The notes: a model not told the origin generated them from the sequence alone. 63,135 nucleotides of DNA, filler included, from Octopus bimaculoides (GCF_001194135.2; 6 parts of 6 records of this genome joined end to end with filler, not necessarily neighbours in it); one strand, 5' to 3'. Counted from the whole stretch's first letter, positions 40,536 to 53,766 are shown. Translations and numbers: made by a program.

Positions 40536-41860
40536 TCCACACTCCCAGAAACTTTTCCACACTCCCAGAATAATATTCATACATATACACACACAAATAT
40601 GCATGACCTCATACACATTTTTTGGTCCTTATTAATGAAATAACAGTTTAAACATTCATTTTCGCTAACAACAACTACAATAACAACGATGGAATTTCGC
40701 AACAAAATTTCATAACAACAACTACATCGACTTCATTACCATTTGCTGAAGCCATCACCTGTATGAGAGACGAGACATTGGGGATCAGATTCGTAGCTGG
40801 CGTTTATGTTTGTGTGTCAATCCATAGACCGTTATATTGCATCTCAAGTAGTTTAATGGAGTTTTCATTAAGGATTCTGTTTGCTTTCGGCAATGCTTCA
40901 GGAATTAGCCACAAATATTACTTGCTCTCAAATACAGACATTTCTTTATGGGAAAGACAAATCTATAGGGTTTAGTTTGTTTATATCGATGTTTGTGTAA
41001 TTCTGTACAAATGATGATGCGTGCGATGAGAGTTGTGTGTCGTTAATAGTCTGTCAGTCGTATGTTTCAGATATAAGAGTACAGACATTCATAAGTTTAA
41101 AGATATACACATATGCGCCTGCGTGTGTGTGTGGGGGGGTTCGTGGGCTTGTGTGTCTAAATTTATATAAATATGTATATATATATCTATATATANNNNN
41201 NNNNNNNNNNNNNNNNNNNNNNNNNNNNNNNNNNNNNNNNNNNNNNNNNNNNNNNNNNNNNNNNNNNNNNNNNNNNNNNNNNNNNNNNNNNNNNNNNNNN
41301 NNNNNNNNNNNNNNNNNNNNNNNNNNNNNNNNNNNNNNNNNNNNNNNNNNNNNNNNNNNNNNNNNNNNNNNNNNNNNNNNNNNNNNNNNNNNNNNNNNNN
41401 NNNNNNNNNNNNNNNNNNNNNNNNNNNNNNNNNNNNNNNNNNNNNNNNNNNNNNNNNNNNNNNNNNNNNNNNNNNNNNNNNNNNNNNNNNNNNNNNNNNN
41501 NNNNNNNNNNNNNNNNNNNNNNNNNNNNNNNNNNNNNNNNNNNNNNNNNNNNNNNNNNNNNNNNNNNNNNNNNNNNNNNNNNNNNNNNNNNNNNNNNNNN
41601 NNNNNNNNNNNNNNNNNNNNNNNNNNNNNNNNNNNNNNNNNNNNNNNNNNNNNNNNNNNNNNNNNNNNNNNNNNNNNNNNNNNNNNNNNNNNNNNNNNNN
41701 NNNNNNNNNNNNNNNNNNNNNNNNNNNNNNNNNNNNNNNNNNNNNNNNNNNNNNNNNNNNNNNNNNNNNNNNNNNNNNNNNNNNNNNNNNNNNNNNNNNN
41801 NNNNNNNNNNNNNNNNNNNNNNNNNNNNNNNNNNNNNNNNNNNNNNNNNNNNNNNNATAT

Positions 41861-41911
<51 letters not shown>

Positions 41912-42041
41912 TATATTATATATAGAGACAGACAAACAGACAGAAACAGAGAGAGAAAGAAGAGTGAGAAAGAGGGAGACAGACATATATGCACACGTAC
42001 ACGCAGTAGGGTGTCCATGGAGACAAAAATGTGTACATATA

Positions 42042-42072
<31 letters not shown>

Positions 42073-42428
42073 GCGTGTACAATTTTGTATACCTAGTATA
42101 CATATCAACTCACACACAGACGCTCTCACACATGATCCTTACATATACATATATATACATGTATACTTGTAGGTGTGCATGCATGTATGAGCATATATTG
42201 ACACAGACAAACAGCGATTGCCTGTGCATTTGTGCTGGTGTTGGCTTGAAATTCTATCAAGCATACGCTTACATTACCAAGCTCTATCGTGGGGATATGA
42301 GATGACGGGGCTTTCTAAGTTCCCTTAATGGATCCCTTTTATAATACCTGTTAAAGGGTTTCTAGTTTAGCAAGGTTTTTTGTTACATATATGTGAGTGC
42401 GGAATAAGGTATATGTGACAATATATAC

Positions 42429-42485
<57 letters not shown>

Positions 42486-42601
42486 NNNNNNNNNNNNNNN
42501 NNNNNNNNNNNNNNNNNNNNNNNNNNNNNNNNNNNNNNNNNNNNNNNNNNNNNNNNNNNNNNNNNNNNNNNNNNNNNNNNNNNNNNNNNNNNNNNNNNNN
42601 N

Positions 42602-42636
<35 letters not shown>

Positions 42637-42780
42637 TTATATATTTATACCAAAATTTGCTAAAAATATATATATATACATAAATTTATATATATATATA
42701 TATGTATGTATGTATGTATACATATATATATATGCACACATATTTACATATATATATACATTCACACAACATTCAGACAC

Positions 42781-42842
<62 letters not shown>

Positions 42843-43206
42843 CATATATACACACACACACATGCACTATTATATTATTTTGATGAATGGATTGATGAAA
42901 GGCTAAGTTGACCTCAGTAGAATTTCAACTGAAACCATAAAAAGCCTTGACTAATACTTCGTTTGTGGAATATCCTAACGATTCTACCTAACCGCCGCCT
43001 ATATAGAAGAGACAGAAGAGAAAGTATACATTCACACACTCAGACACGCGCACATGCACAGAATCACAGACACATGTACACACACAAACACACATATGTA
43101 TATGTTTATATCCAAACCCCACCCTCTTGTTTATCTCCATATCTTCACAGTCTCTGTATTCCTTTGCATCTCTTCTTACCGACCCACTAACGTGTTTTCG
43201 TCCTCT

Positions 43207-43242
43207 TTCGATCTCTTACTTTCATCTCTTTCTCTCTCTCCT

Positions 43243-43325
<83 letters not shown>

Positions 43326-43338
43326 ATCTCTCTCTCTC
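43207..43338. repeat. (CT)n microsatellite
   Basis: Read directly. Many other (TA)n, (CA)n, (ATAC)n, (AGAT)n and (GACT)n tracts occur throughout and flank most N gaps. Confidence 0.95.
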
Positions 43339-44039
43339 TGGTTAGTAAGATGTGCAACAAATTTGACTGTACAAGCGTAACTGGAGAGTACGGAGGGGTT
43401 GTTCGCTCCGGGCGGCATCACACTTGGGCTCTATGTTAGGCAATATCCATTTTCGTGGGGGCTCGGGGTGGCAAAGTGAAGGGCTGCCCGGAGCTAATGC
43501 TTGGCTGCTGTTTTTCCTAGTGGTCCCACCCTATACATATTGCCTACAGACTGGTGCCAATAACTGGTTTGATTTTGATTCCCTTTCAGAGGTAAATCCT
43601 GTCCCATAGAGTACCTCCTTCCTTAACCTCTCTCTCCGTTGTACCGGCTTTTCATTTCCTTCTTTCTATCACATTGTTTCTCCAGCCATTTCTTGTTCAC
43701 GTATAGCGCTCACGTAGTTCTGCATTCCATACGAGTCGCTCCAATGTCTTGTTTTGTTTATTATTTTTTTTTCTAATTTAGAATATTTAAAACTCAGTTG
43801 TCTCTCATAATTTGTCCCCTTACAATTTTTTCCCTCAAAAAAGAAAAGGTGTCCCAAATGATCGATTTTGCTATACCCAAGGCAAGTTCGCTGTTCATTT
43901 TTCATCGACTATACTTCGGACACATGCACACACGCACCCACCCACACGCACACTCACATACATACACATATATATGGATGGAGGAATTTCAACCATGTTT
44001 CGTGGTCTGCTACCACAACAGCTCCTTTATAGGATCCAG

Positions 44040-44752
44040 TTAGCCGAAGACATCATCAGGAGGAACCACGTCCGGTTTCGGCCCCTACTCCTCTACCGTT
44101 TTGACGTGGCGGGGCCCCTCCTTTCGGAGGTGTCTTCAGCTCTGGTGTTGGGTGCATGTCTTCTTTCTTCTATTCCCTAGCCTCTTCGATGCAGCATCAA
44201 CGAGTGTCAGCGTCCGACTGATCGTCGTGTCAAGTTCCCCTTTTTATATCTGCTGCTAGGCTCCAGCAGGCAGCCCCAGCTAGTTGTCACNNNNNNNNNN
44301 NNNNNNNNNNNNNNNNNNNNNNNNNNNNNNNNNNNNNNNNNNNNNNNNNNNNNNNNNNNNNNNNNNNNNNNNNNNNNNNNNNNNNNNNNNNNNNNNNNNN
44401 NTTTTCCCTCCTTCTGGAAGTATATTTTCCTGCGCTTTTCCACTTTGGGGTACTCTCCTCTGTTGTATCCCTCGATCTTCTCCTTGAGTGCTGCACTTAT
44501 GACGCCAAGGACTTGATTATGGCGCCATGTATACCTTTCCAGTGCTAGTCTGCAGTTTGACAGAACGTGTCTCACCGTCGCTTTGTCCCCGCATCCACAT
44601 TCATCGGTTGTTTTTTTATGTTCCATCGAACTAAGTTCGCCGGTGAGGGTAGAACGTCGAAGGTAGACTTGATCAGGAAGGCTGTTCTTGCTTGTTCCCA
44701 AGCCCAAAGTTCCTTCCATGAGATTCTGCGACTGACCACGTTTTCCTCCCAT
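44040..44752 (-). mobile_element. RLE-type (HERO-like) non-LTR retrotransposon fragment: CCHC zinc knuckle and probable 3' UTR
   Basis: 44402-44752 reads CGCGDKATVRHVLSNCRLALERYTWRHNQVLGVI (CxxC..H.L..C..RY.WRHN.VL). The expected RLE domain would fall in the N gap at 44291-44401. A GC-rich structured tail lies at 44040-44290. Confidence 0.75.
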
Positions 44753-44756
44753 CTCA

Positions 44757-44856
44757 NNNNNNNNNNNNNNNNNNNNNNNNNNNNNNNNNNNNNNNNNNNN
44801 TTAATTAATTAANNNNNNNNNNNNNNNNNNNNNNNNNNNNNNNNNNNNNNNNNNNN
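44757..44856. other. Artificial scaffold spacer
   Basis: Same 44 N + 12 nt + 44 N layout. Confidence 0.95.
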
Positions 44857-45562
44857 CATACTCATACCAATACTTTATTTTCCAGGGGGGAAATAGAAAT
44901 GATTATCATTCCACGTTAAAAAAAATATTTTCAAGATCATTGTTCTTACTAATATCTCTAATATTCTTATTGTATATCATTTTTTTTATGTCTTCCTCAT
45001 TCGGTTATTTTATATCTGCAATTAGAGATTTTTGCCTTGTTTTTATCTTATCATTATTTAATATTTCTTCGTTTTATTATCTGTTGCAAATATATTTTGT
45101 TATGACTTATTTCTTATTATTTCATATTTCTTCCTTTTTTTTGTTGTTTTCGCTTTCTTCCTTTCTTCTCTTTAGAACAATAAACAGTTATGTTTCTTTG
45201 CTTTTTCAATATAAAGATGTTTTGTCGTTCATAAAACAATTGAAGCATTTTATGTGTGTTCTGTTTCGGCTGGTAATTACACACATTCGAAGAATGATAT
45301 TGCAATCGTCAATCTTGATATCATCAATGGCAATAAAATTATCAATAGAAACAGAAACATTAGCTACAGCTACAACAACAGCATTATAAGCTGAAGTAAC
45401 ATTAACAACAACAACATAGCCAACATTATCAATATTATCAATATTATCAATTGCAAGCCTACTTAGTCAACAAGGGAGCACTAAGTGACTGCTCGACTTG
45501 CGATAAACAACAGTCAACTCTCCACCAAATAACACTCCACTGATTTTAATATGAATTTAGAC

Positions 45563-45955
45563 GAGGCGGGGAGCTGGTAGAATCGTTAGCACGCTGGATG
45601 AAATGCTTAGCGGCATTTCACCTGTCTTTACGTTCTGAGCCGAAATTCCGCTGAGGTCGACTTTGCCTTTCATCCTTCCGGGGTCGATAAAATAAGTACC
45701 AGTTGAGCACAGGGGTCGATATAATCGACTAGTCCTCCCCCACTCACGAAATTGCTGGAACTTGCCAGACTCTTTAATACTCTGGGCAAAATGCTTAGCG
45801 GCATTTCGTCCGCACTTATATTCCGCCAAGGTCGACTTCGTCTTTCATCCTACCGGATTTGATAAAATAAGTACCAGTTGAGTATTGGGTCGATTTGATC
45901 GACTTAGCCCCTTCCCGAAATTTCTAGCCTTGTACCAAAATCTGAAATCAATTTT
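45563..45955 (+). mobile_element. Two tandem SINE family A copies
   Basis: aaatgcttagcggcatttc and gataaaataagtaccagttgag each occur twice (about 45563-45770 and 45785-45955). Confidence 0.85.
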
Positions 45956-46489
45956 ATGAATTTAGTCAGAAGAGAAAAGTCAGTAACTATTTTTTCCCAG
46001 AGCTTTTGGAGCTGGTGTGAAGACGGAAGGAAGTTATACTCTGACTACGAGTCTGGAAGGAATATTTGTGAGAGATTTAATTTCTCCAAACGCACCAGAG
46101 AATCAGAAAGTGGTGATCTTAAATCATGCAACGCCTCTCAAATGAAAAAAAAAAAAATCATGGGAAATAAATAAAAGCAAGACCGCAGGGTTTTACATCC
46201 CATAAATTAGAAACACTGGTTGCAACTGATAAGGAAAGAAGGACCACGGGAGCTTCGTGTATGAACAGGAAGTAGTAGGAGAAAAAAACTGGATGAGAGA
46301 GGTTGAAAGAAAGAAGGAGGAAATGTGGAGGAAAGGTGGGAGAATGAGGGAGTCAGATGAAGAGCGAGAATTACGTGAGAATGGAGTTGAAGGATGAGAT
46401 AAGGTTTATTGAACTAAGAGAAGATGTAGGAGTAGAAGGGAAAATATCCATTTAAGCATGTCGATGACAGACTCATTTAACAATCATTA

Positions 46490-46670
46490 TCTTTATCCAG
46501 GGATTCATCACTCGTGAAGGAAGAACTCCTCCCCGGACTCTACACCGCTGTCTGTCTCCGGCCAGTTCTGACCATATAGACCCCAAGTGGCGGGTGAGAT
46601 CATCTTGCCATCATGTCTTTGATTGGCTTCTTGGTCTTGTCCATTGTCTTGGTATCCATTACGTCACCTA
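46490..46670 (-). mobile_element. RTE-clade LINE extreme 3' end
   Basis: WIPRQWTRPRSQSKT*WQDDLTRHLGSIWSELAGDRQR resembles WxPxxxxRxRGRPxxRWxDD...W...AxDRxxW. Confidence 0.7.
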
Positions 46671-47419
46671 TATNNNNNNNNNNNNNNNNNNNNNNNNNNN
46701 NNNNNNNNNNNNNNNNNNNNNNNNNNNNNNNNNNNNNNNNNNNNNNNNNNNNNNNNNNNNNNNNNNNNNNNNNNNNNNNNNNNNNNNNNNNNNNNNNNNN
46801 NNNNNNNNNNNNNNNNNNNNNNNNNNNNNNNNNNNNNNNNNNNNNNNNNNNNNNNNNNNNNNNNNNNNNNNNNNNNNNNNNNNNNNNNNNNNNNNNNNNN
46901 NNNNNNNNNNNNNNNNNNNNNNNNNNNNNNNNNNNNNNNNNNNNNNNNNNNNNNNNNNNNNNNNNNNNNNNNNNNNNNNNNNNNNNNNNNNNNNNNNNNN
47001 NNNNNNNNNNNNNNNNNNNNNNNNNNNNNNNNNNNNNNNNNNNNNNNNNNNNNNNNNNNNNNNNNNNNNNNNNNNNNNNNNNNNNNNNNNNNNNNNNNNN
47101 NNNNNNNNNNNNNNNNNNNNNNNNNNNNNNNNNNNNNNNNNNNNNNNNNNNNNNNNNNNNNNNNNNNNNNNNNNNNNNNNNNNNNNNNNNNNNNNNNNNN
47201 NNNNNNNNNNNNNNNNNNNNNNNNNNNNNNNNNNNNNNNNNNNNNNNNNNNNNNNNNNNNNNNNNNNNNNNNNNNNNNNNNNNNNNNNNNNNNNNNNNNN
47301 NNNNNNNNNNNNNNNNNNNNNNNNNNNNNNNNNNNNNNNNNNNNNNNNNNNNNNNNNNNNNNNNNNNNNNNNNNNNNNNNNNNNNNNNNNNNNNNNNNNN
47401 NNNNNNNNNNNNNNNNNNN

Positions 47420-47467
<48 letters not shown>

Positions 47468-49805
47468 CATACCCATATGTACAATGTATATAGATATAAG
47501 CATATATACACACACATATACTCGCACACACACGCACACACATATACACACACACACGCCACACATAAACACACATGGATACGAGGACATATATATGTAA
47601 GTATATATACGGTAAACGCAATGATCAATATAAAGAGCAGAGTTTGACAAATTAGCTTCAGGCTTTGACAGAATGAGATGGCAAATTAACATTTGACGCG
47701 TTAGACCATCATCAAAGGTAAACCATAAGTATGGACGATGAGAGAAAAGTTAGTATAAAGAACAGAGAAGAACGTTAGAAAAAAGGTGGAAATGCTGTTC
47801 TATGCAGGGAATAGAATATATATATATACATATACACACACGCATATATGTATATGTATATATATGTACAAAGAGAGAGAGAGAAAAATAGATAGTTGCG
47901 TAAATACATAGATTATAGATAGATATAGTAGGCATTGGTAAGCCACCCCGATGTCCTTGCCAAGGAAGCACTATGAGTTGGTCATAAAGAAGTAGCACTG
48001 TGGTTTCGTACGATGGGAGAGATAGCACTTCATCAGATGAGTGAAATCGCGGAAAATCGGGACGAATTTCATCCTAGTGTCATGGACGGACTATAAAAAG
48101 CAGCATACGATAACCTGCGAGATATCAATATACACATACTTTTTCACGTCTGGCCGTATAGCCTTCTTTGTTTTTTTATTTCACTGTTTTGTTTTCCTGT
48201 CTTGTTTTTTGTCCGCCACTACACTCCTCCATGGAACAAATTTAATTTGTGTCCGTGGGAAGAGCCATTGTAACGATGCGTCCTGCCCTAACTCTTCGAA
48301 ACGCCAGTGTTATAATGGTGACAGCTGATGAAGGATATGTTTTCTATGTGGCCTGCTTGTTTCTTGTACCATGTTTATCATTTTGTCCATGTTCTTTTGC
48401 AACGTCCTGTACCCAGATATGTATCTATATGTACATGTAGATGAAGGTATGTACATACATGTACATATATATGCATATACTCATATATTATTTGTGTGTA
48501 TATATATATATGTGTGTGTGTGTGTGTATGTATGTATATATGTATGTATATACATATATATGNNNNNNNNNNNNNNNNNNNNNNNNNNNNNNNNNNNNNN
48601 NNNNNNNNNNNNNNNNNNNNNNNNNNNNNNNNNNNNNNNNNNNNNNNNNNNNNNNNNNNNNNNNNNNNNNNNNNNNNNNNNNNNNNNNNNNNNNNNNNNN
48701 NNNNNNNNNNNNNNNNNNNNNNNNNNNNNNNNNNNNNNNNNNNNNNNNNNNNNNNNNNNNNNNNNNNNNNNNNNNNNNNNNNNNNNNNNNNNNNNNNNNN
48801 NNNNNNNNNNNNNNNNNNNNNNNNNNNNNNNNNNNNNNNNNNNNNNNNNNNNNNNNNNNNNNNNNNNNNNNNNNNNNNNNNNNNNNNNNNNNNNNNNNNN
48901 NNNNNNNNNNNNNNNNNNNNNNNNNNNNNNNNNNNNNNNNNNNNNNNNNNNNNNNNNNNNNNNNNNNNNNNNNNNNNNNNNNNNNNNNNNNNNNNNNNNN
49001 NNNNNNNNNNNNNNNNNNNNNNNNNNNNNNNNNNNNNNNNNNNNNNNNNNNNNNNNNNNNNNNNNNNNNNNNNNNNNNNNNNNNNNNNNNNNNNNNNNNN
49101 NNNNNNNNNNNNNNNNNNNNNNNNNNNNNNNNNNNTATATATATATATATATATATATATGATTTTAGACTCCGTGAAGTTTTATAGCGACTATACTTAT
49201 TTGATCTCGCTTTATATCAATAAGTTAATTAGTCCAACGGCTGGCTGAAAATTGATCAGTTACAATACTGCACATTTCGAATGGATGTCGATCAATAATC
49301 AGAAGATGAAATCAAAAGACGACGAAAAAAGACTACCAGAAACTCAAAAAATCAGATACAAACAACAAAATATACACATGAATACATGTATGTATGTATG
49401 TATGTATGTATGTATCTATGTATGTATGTATTTGTAGGAAAGAGTATAGCGATACTAAAAAAGAGATAGAAAAAAAAAATGTCTGAGACAACGTAACTAT
49501 TCTTTGATAAGATCTAACAACGTATAAGAAGTAGATCTTTACGTGACTTCACAGTCTAAAGAGCGATTAGGTTTTCTGTATGCGCGTGTCCGTGCATGTA
49601 CGTGCTTGTGCAAATGCGTATGTGCGTCTGTATATATCTGTGTGTTTGCGTTCGTGCGTGTGTGCATGTGTATATATGTGTATATTTATTTATATACCTA
49701 TATGTGCGTGTGAGTGTGTGTGTTTCTTCATGTAAAAATATCTATGCTATACATATATACATGTAAGATTATAACTTACATAAATTTATAAGTATATATA
49801 TATAA

Positions 49806-49841
<36 letters not shown>

Positions 49842-50072
49842 GTATNNNNNNNNNNGTATATATGTATGTATATACATATATATGAGTGTTTGTGTATGCG
49901 TGTGGTGCGAGTGTATGTGTGTGTGTGTTTACGTACATACACTCACAGTCTACTTTTATGTATTAAGTACCGTTCCACTGTTCCAACCCTTTGATCCATA
50001 GCTTTCACTGATCCGTATACATGCATACATGCATACTATATGTATATACATATGTATATATGTATATATATA

Positions 50073-50172
50073 NNNNNNNNNNNNNNNNNNNNNNNNNNNN
50101 NNNNNNNNNNNNNNNNTTAATTAATTAANNNNNNNNNNNNNNNNNNNNNNNNNNNNNNNNNNNNNNNNNNNN
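50073..50172. other. Artificial scaffold spacer
   Basis: Same 44 N + 12 nt + 44 N layout. Confidence 0.95.
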
Positions 50173-50288
50173 GAATTCAAAGAATCTATGATTTTCTTCC
50201 ATTCAAATCAAGAAGGTAATGTTGGCGTAAATAAATATATTTTGGCATAATTGGTTAAAAATGTTCCCTGACCCCTGAAATAGTATGT

Positions 50289-50449
50289 AGGTGCAGGCAT
50301 AGCTGTGTGGTAAGAAGCTTGCTTTCCAACCACATGGTTCTGGGTTCAGTCCCACTGCATGGCACCTTGGGTAAGTGCCTTCTGTTGTAGCCTCAGGCCA
50401 ACCAAAGCCTTGTGAGTGGATTTGGAAGACAAACTGAAAGAAGCCCATC

Positions 50450-50508
<59 letters not shown>

Positions 50509-50850
50509 CACATTGGAGATCATATATAGAACAAATATTTCAGAGTGAATGTAGTTCGATTGAAAAATAAAATAAATTATGTCAAGAGAATCACGAACGA
50601 GGTGCATAAGATAGCACTTTGTAATATAAAGGAATTTTTGGCAACTTCTCAAACGCATATATGTGTGTCTGTGTTTGCCCACCCCTAATCAAACCTCGAC
50701 AACTGGTGTTGGTATGTTTACGTCCCCGTAAATTAGCGGTTCGGCAATAGAGACAGATAGAACAACTACCAGGCTTAAGTCATGGGGTCGATTCATTTGA
50801 GTAAAAATTCTTCAAGACGTTGTCTAATAACTGAAACAAGTAAAAGATAA
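50289..50850 (+). mobile_element. SINE family B with enlarged internal spacer
   Basis: Head at 50289-50450, (TG)(TA)n, about 150 nt of unrelated sequence, and the 3' module at 50660-50850. Confidence 0.75.
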
Positions 50851-51689
50851 AAATTACACGCACACTATCACACACACACACACTCTCTTTCTCTCACTCA
50901 CTCAAAACTTTGACCTGTTATTTGTTTATCATAATGATTTTAACTGTATGACCACTTCCCAAACACGAAGTCACATGTTTGATTCCATTGGGTGGCACCG
51001 TCGAGGTTATAGAAAGAGCAATTTTTTTCCTGTAGTCTCGAGTTGAACCATACCTTGTAAGTGAAATCTTGTGGGGTATGTGGAAACTGCAGAGATGTCT
51101 GTCTGGTAGATCGTATATGTAATTCAAAAAAAGGTACAGCCTCATTGCACGCTGTGTCACACTGTTTCTACCTAAGAAGGTAACCGTGGCTGGAGAATAC
51201 TCAGCCACGTACATGTTAACTCGGGAACAGATTATTCAGTTGAATCATGAGTTAAATCCTCCATCGTCGAACGATGGAGATTGGCCAGTGTTTTAAACAA
51301 CCAACTCTTATTGGAGGAGAGTTATTTCCCTTAGCCACTTCTATACTATGGCTGCATGTGCGTCTTTGTAGGTTGATGGTTAACATACACACACACACCA
51401 TCATCATCATCATTGTCATCTTCATCAGTGGCAGAGGAATAACTCGAAAATTTGCGTTTGAGAAGTTACCAAAAAACGCGTTTTTTGTATTACATAGTGC
51501 TAACTTAATCTCTTGAGCTAATTTATTTTACTTTTCAATCAGACCACATGCACTCTGAAACATTTGTTCTATAAATGATCTTCAGTTAACTTATTACTTA
51601 ATCAGTTAATTAATTAATCAATCAATCAGTGTTTAATGTGACCAACTGAACATTTTCTGTCTGTTGACTCGCTGTTTTGATAATATATT

Positions 51690-51785
51690 TCTTTCTAATT
51701 TTGGCACAAAGCCAGCAATTTTGGGGGTAGGTGTCTAGTCAATTGTATCAACCCCAGTACCTGACTGGTACCTATTTTACTGACC
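51690..51785 (-). mobile_element. SINE family A, 3' fragment
   Basis: tttctaattttggcacaaagccagcaattttggggg..atcaaccccagtacctgactggtac. Confidence 0.65.
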
Positions 51786-52200
51786 AATTGTGGAAGAAAA
51801 GCACAATCTTTGGTAACTAATACTTTTTTAATAATTTTTCTGGTAACCATGGAAAACAGCTCTGCATATTTCTGCCCTTTTCTGAACTTTTCATTGTATA
51901 GCTTCCCTTGTAGCTTGCTTGGATCAGCAGTGATTTAATCAATCAATCAATAAATATGGAGAAATGTATGTTTGGTAAGATGGAGAAAATAGAATTGTTT
52001 AGAAATTGAATATTTCAGAGATGCCATCTGCATGGTACTTACTACCAGAAGTCAGTGGTTTAAGTATGGAAAATAATATTTGCCATGAAAGAAAATATAG
52101 TAATAACATGTAAATATTGGGTTAAAAAAAAAACCTTGCAATAGAAAAAGTCAAAGGCTGCCTTTGACTTTTCTATTTGCATGTTGATATTTTTATAGCT

Positions 52201-52960
52201 TTAAGGCAGTGAGCTAGCAGAAACGTTGTGGTAAGTAGCTTGCTTACCAACCACATGGTCCCAGGTTGAGTCCCACTGCGTGGCACCTTGGGTGAGTGAC
52301 TTCTACTATATCCTCAAGCTGTCCAAAGCCTTGTGAGTGGATCTGGTAGGCGGAAACTGAAAGGAGCCCATCGTGTAATATCATCATCGTCATTTAATGA
52401 CGATGATGATGATATCGTCTGCTTTCCATGCTTGCATGGGTTGGACGGTTTGACTGAGGACTGGTGAACCAGATGGCTGCACCAGGCCCCAATCTGATCT
52501 GGTAGAGTTTCTACAGCTGAATGCCCTCCCTGGCATCAACCACTCTGTGAGTGTAGTGGGTGGTTTTTACGTGCCACTGGCATGGGAGCCAGTCAGGCGG
52601 CACTGGCAACGACCACGCATATATATATGTATGTGTGTGTATATGTTTGTGTGTCAGTGTTTGTCCCCCCCCACCACCATCGTTTGACAACTGATGCTGG
52701 TGTGTTTACATCCCTGTAGCATAGCGGTTTGGCAAAAGAGACCAATAGAATAAGTACTAGGTTTACAAAGAATAAGTCCTGGGGTCAATTTGCTTGACTA
52801 AAGGTGGTGCTCCAGCATGGCCACAGTCAAATGACTGAAACAAGTAAAGGAATACCTGTTGATAAAATAAGTACCAGTTGAACACTGGGATTGATCTAAT
52901 TGATTATTCCCCCTACCTCCAAATTACTGGCCTTGTGCCAAAATTTGAGACTATTATTTA
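52201..52960 (+). mobile_element. Nested SINE complex: A head / B containing C / A 3' remainder
   Basis: A head taaggcagtgagctagcagaaacgtt (52201-52226), B at 52227-52850 interrupted by a minus-strand C copy (52381-52618), then A body gttgataaaataagtaccagttg (52855-52960). Confidence 0.75.
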
Positions 52961-53044
52961 TAGCTTTATTTACTTTGAGAAATACGAAATAATTTGTTAA
53001 TAGCTGAACTCAAAGTTTCTAAATTCTTACGACATTCTTATGTA

Positions 53045-53398
53045 AATAATATTAATAATAATCCTTTCTACTGTAGGCACAAGGACTGGAATTTGTGGGG
53101 TGGGGAACAGTTGATCACATCAACCGCAATATTTGACTAGTACTTAATTTATTGACCCCAAAAGATGGAAGTCAACCTTGGTAGAATTTGAACTCAGAAT
53201 GTAAAGACATTTTATCCAGCATACTAACGATTCTGCCAGCTCACTGCCTTAATGATAGTAATAATATTAATAATCCTTTCTACTATAGGCACAAGGCCTG
53301 AAATTTGGGGAGAAGGGGGCTAGTTGATTACATCAATCCCAGTGTGCAACTGGTACTTTATTGACCCTGAAAGGATGAAAGGTAAAGTCAACCTCAGC
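53045..53398 (-). mobile_element. Two tandem SINE family A copies
   Basis: aataatcctttctact.taggcacaagg occurs twice. The first copy ends in ctcactgcctt (53250). Confidence 0.8.
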
Positions 53399-53409
53399 AT
53401 GCATGCATG

Positions 53410-53580
53410 CGTGCGTACAGGGCTACTTTGAGTTCTGTCTACCAAATCTACTCGCAAAACTTTGGCTGATCTATAGGCTATAGTAGATGGCACTTGCCAG
53501 AGGTGTTATGCAATGGAACTGAACCCAAAATCCACTTGGTTGGGAAATAAAATTGTTGACCACACCACTATTCTTGTACC
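53410..53580 (-). mobile_element. SINE family B head, diverged
   Basis: ctaccaaatctactcgcaaaactttgg..gctatagtagatggcacttgcc..ggaactgaaccc. Confidence 0.6.
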
Positions 53581-53766
53581 TTAATGTACGCATCTATATA
53601 TGTGGAACCACCAGTTTTATTGTGAACAATTTTTTTTTCAAATTTGCTGTATCAGTTTCAAACGTAAAATCTATTCTCTCTATTACATGTTAAAACCATT
53701 TTAATCAGTCTCTACTATTTTTGAAGAACTAAAGCTATTAATCACGGTGCTTTTGTTTTGTTTCAG

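Noticed and set aside
51259-51279. 9-bp hairpin CTCCATCGT-cga-ACGATGGAG as a Helitron end or terminator
   Set aside because: No CTRR at the expected distance and no matching 5' end. Intrinsic terminators do not apply to this eukaryotic context.
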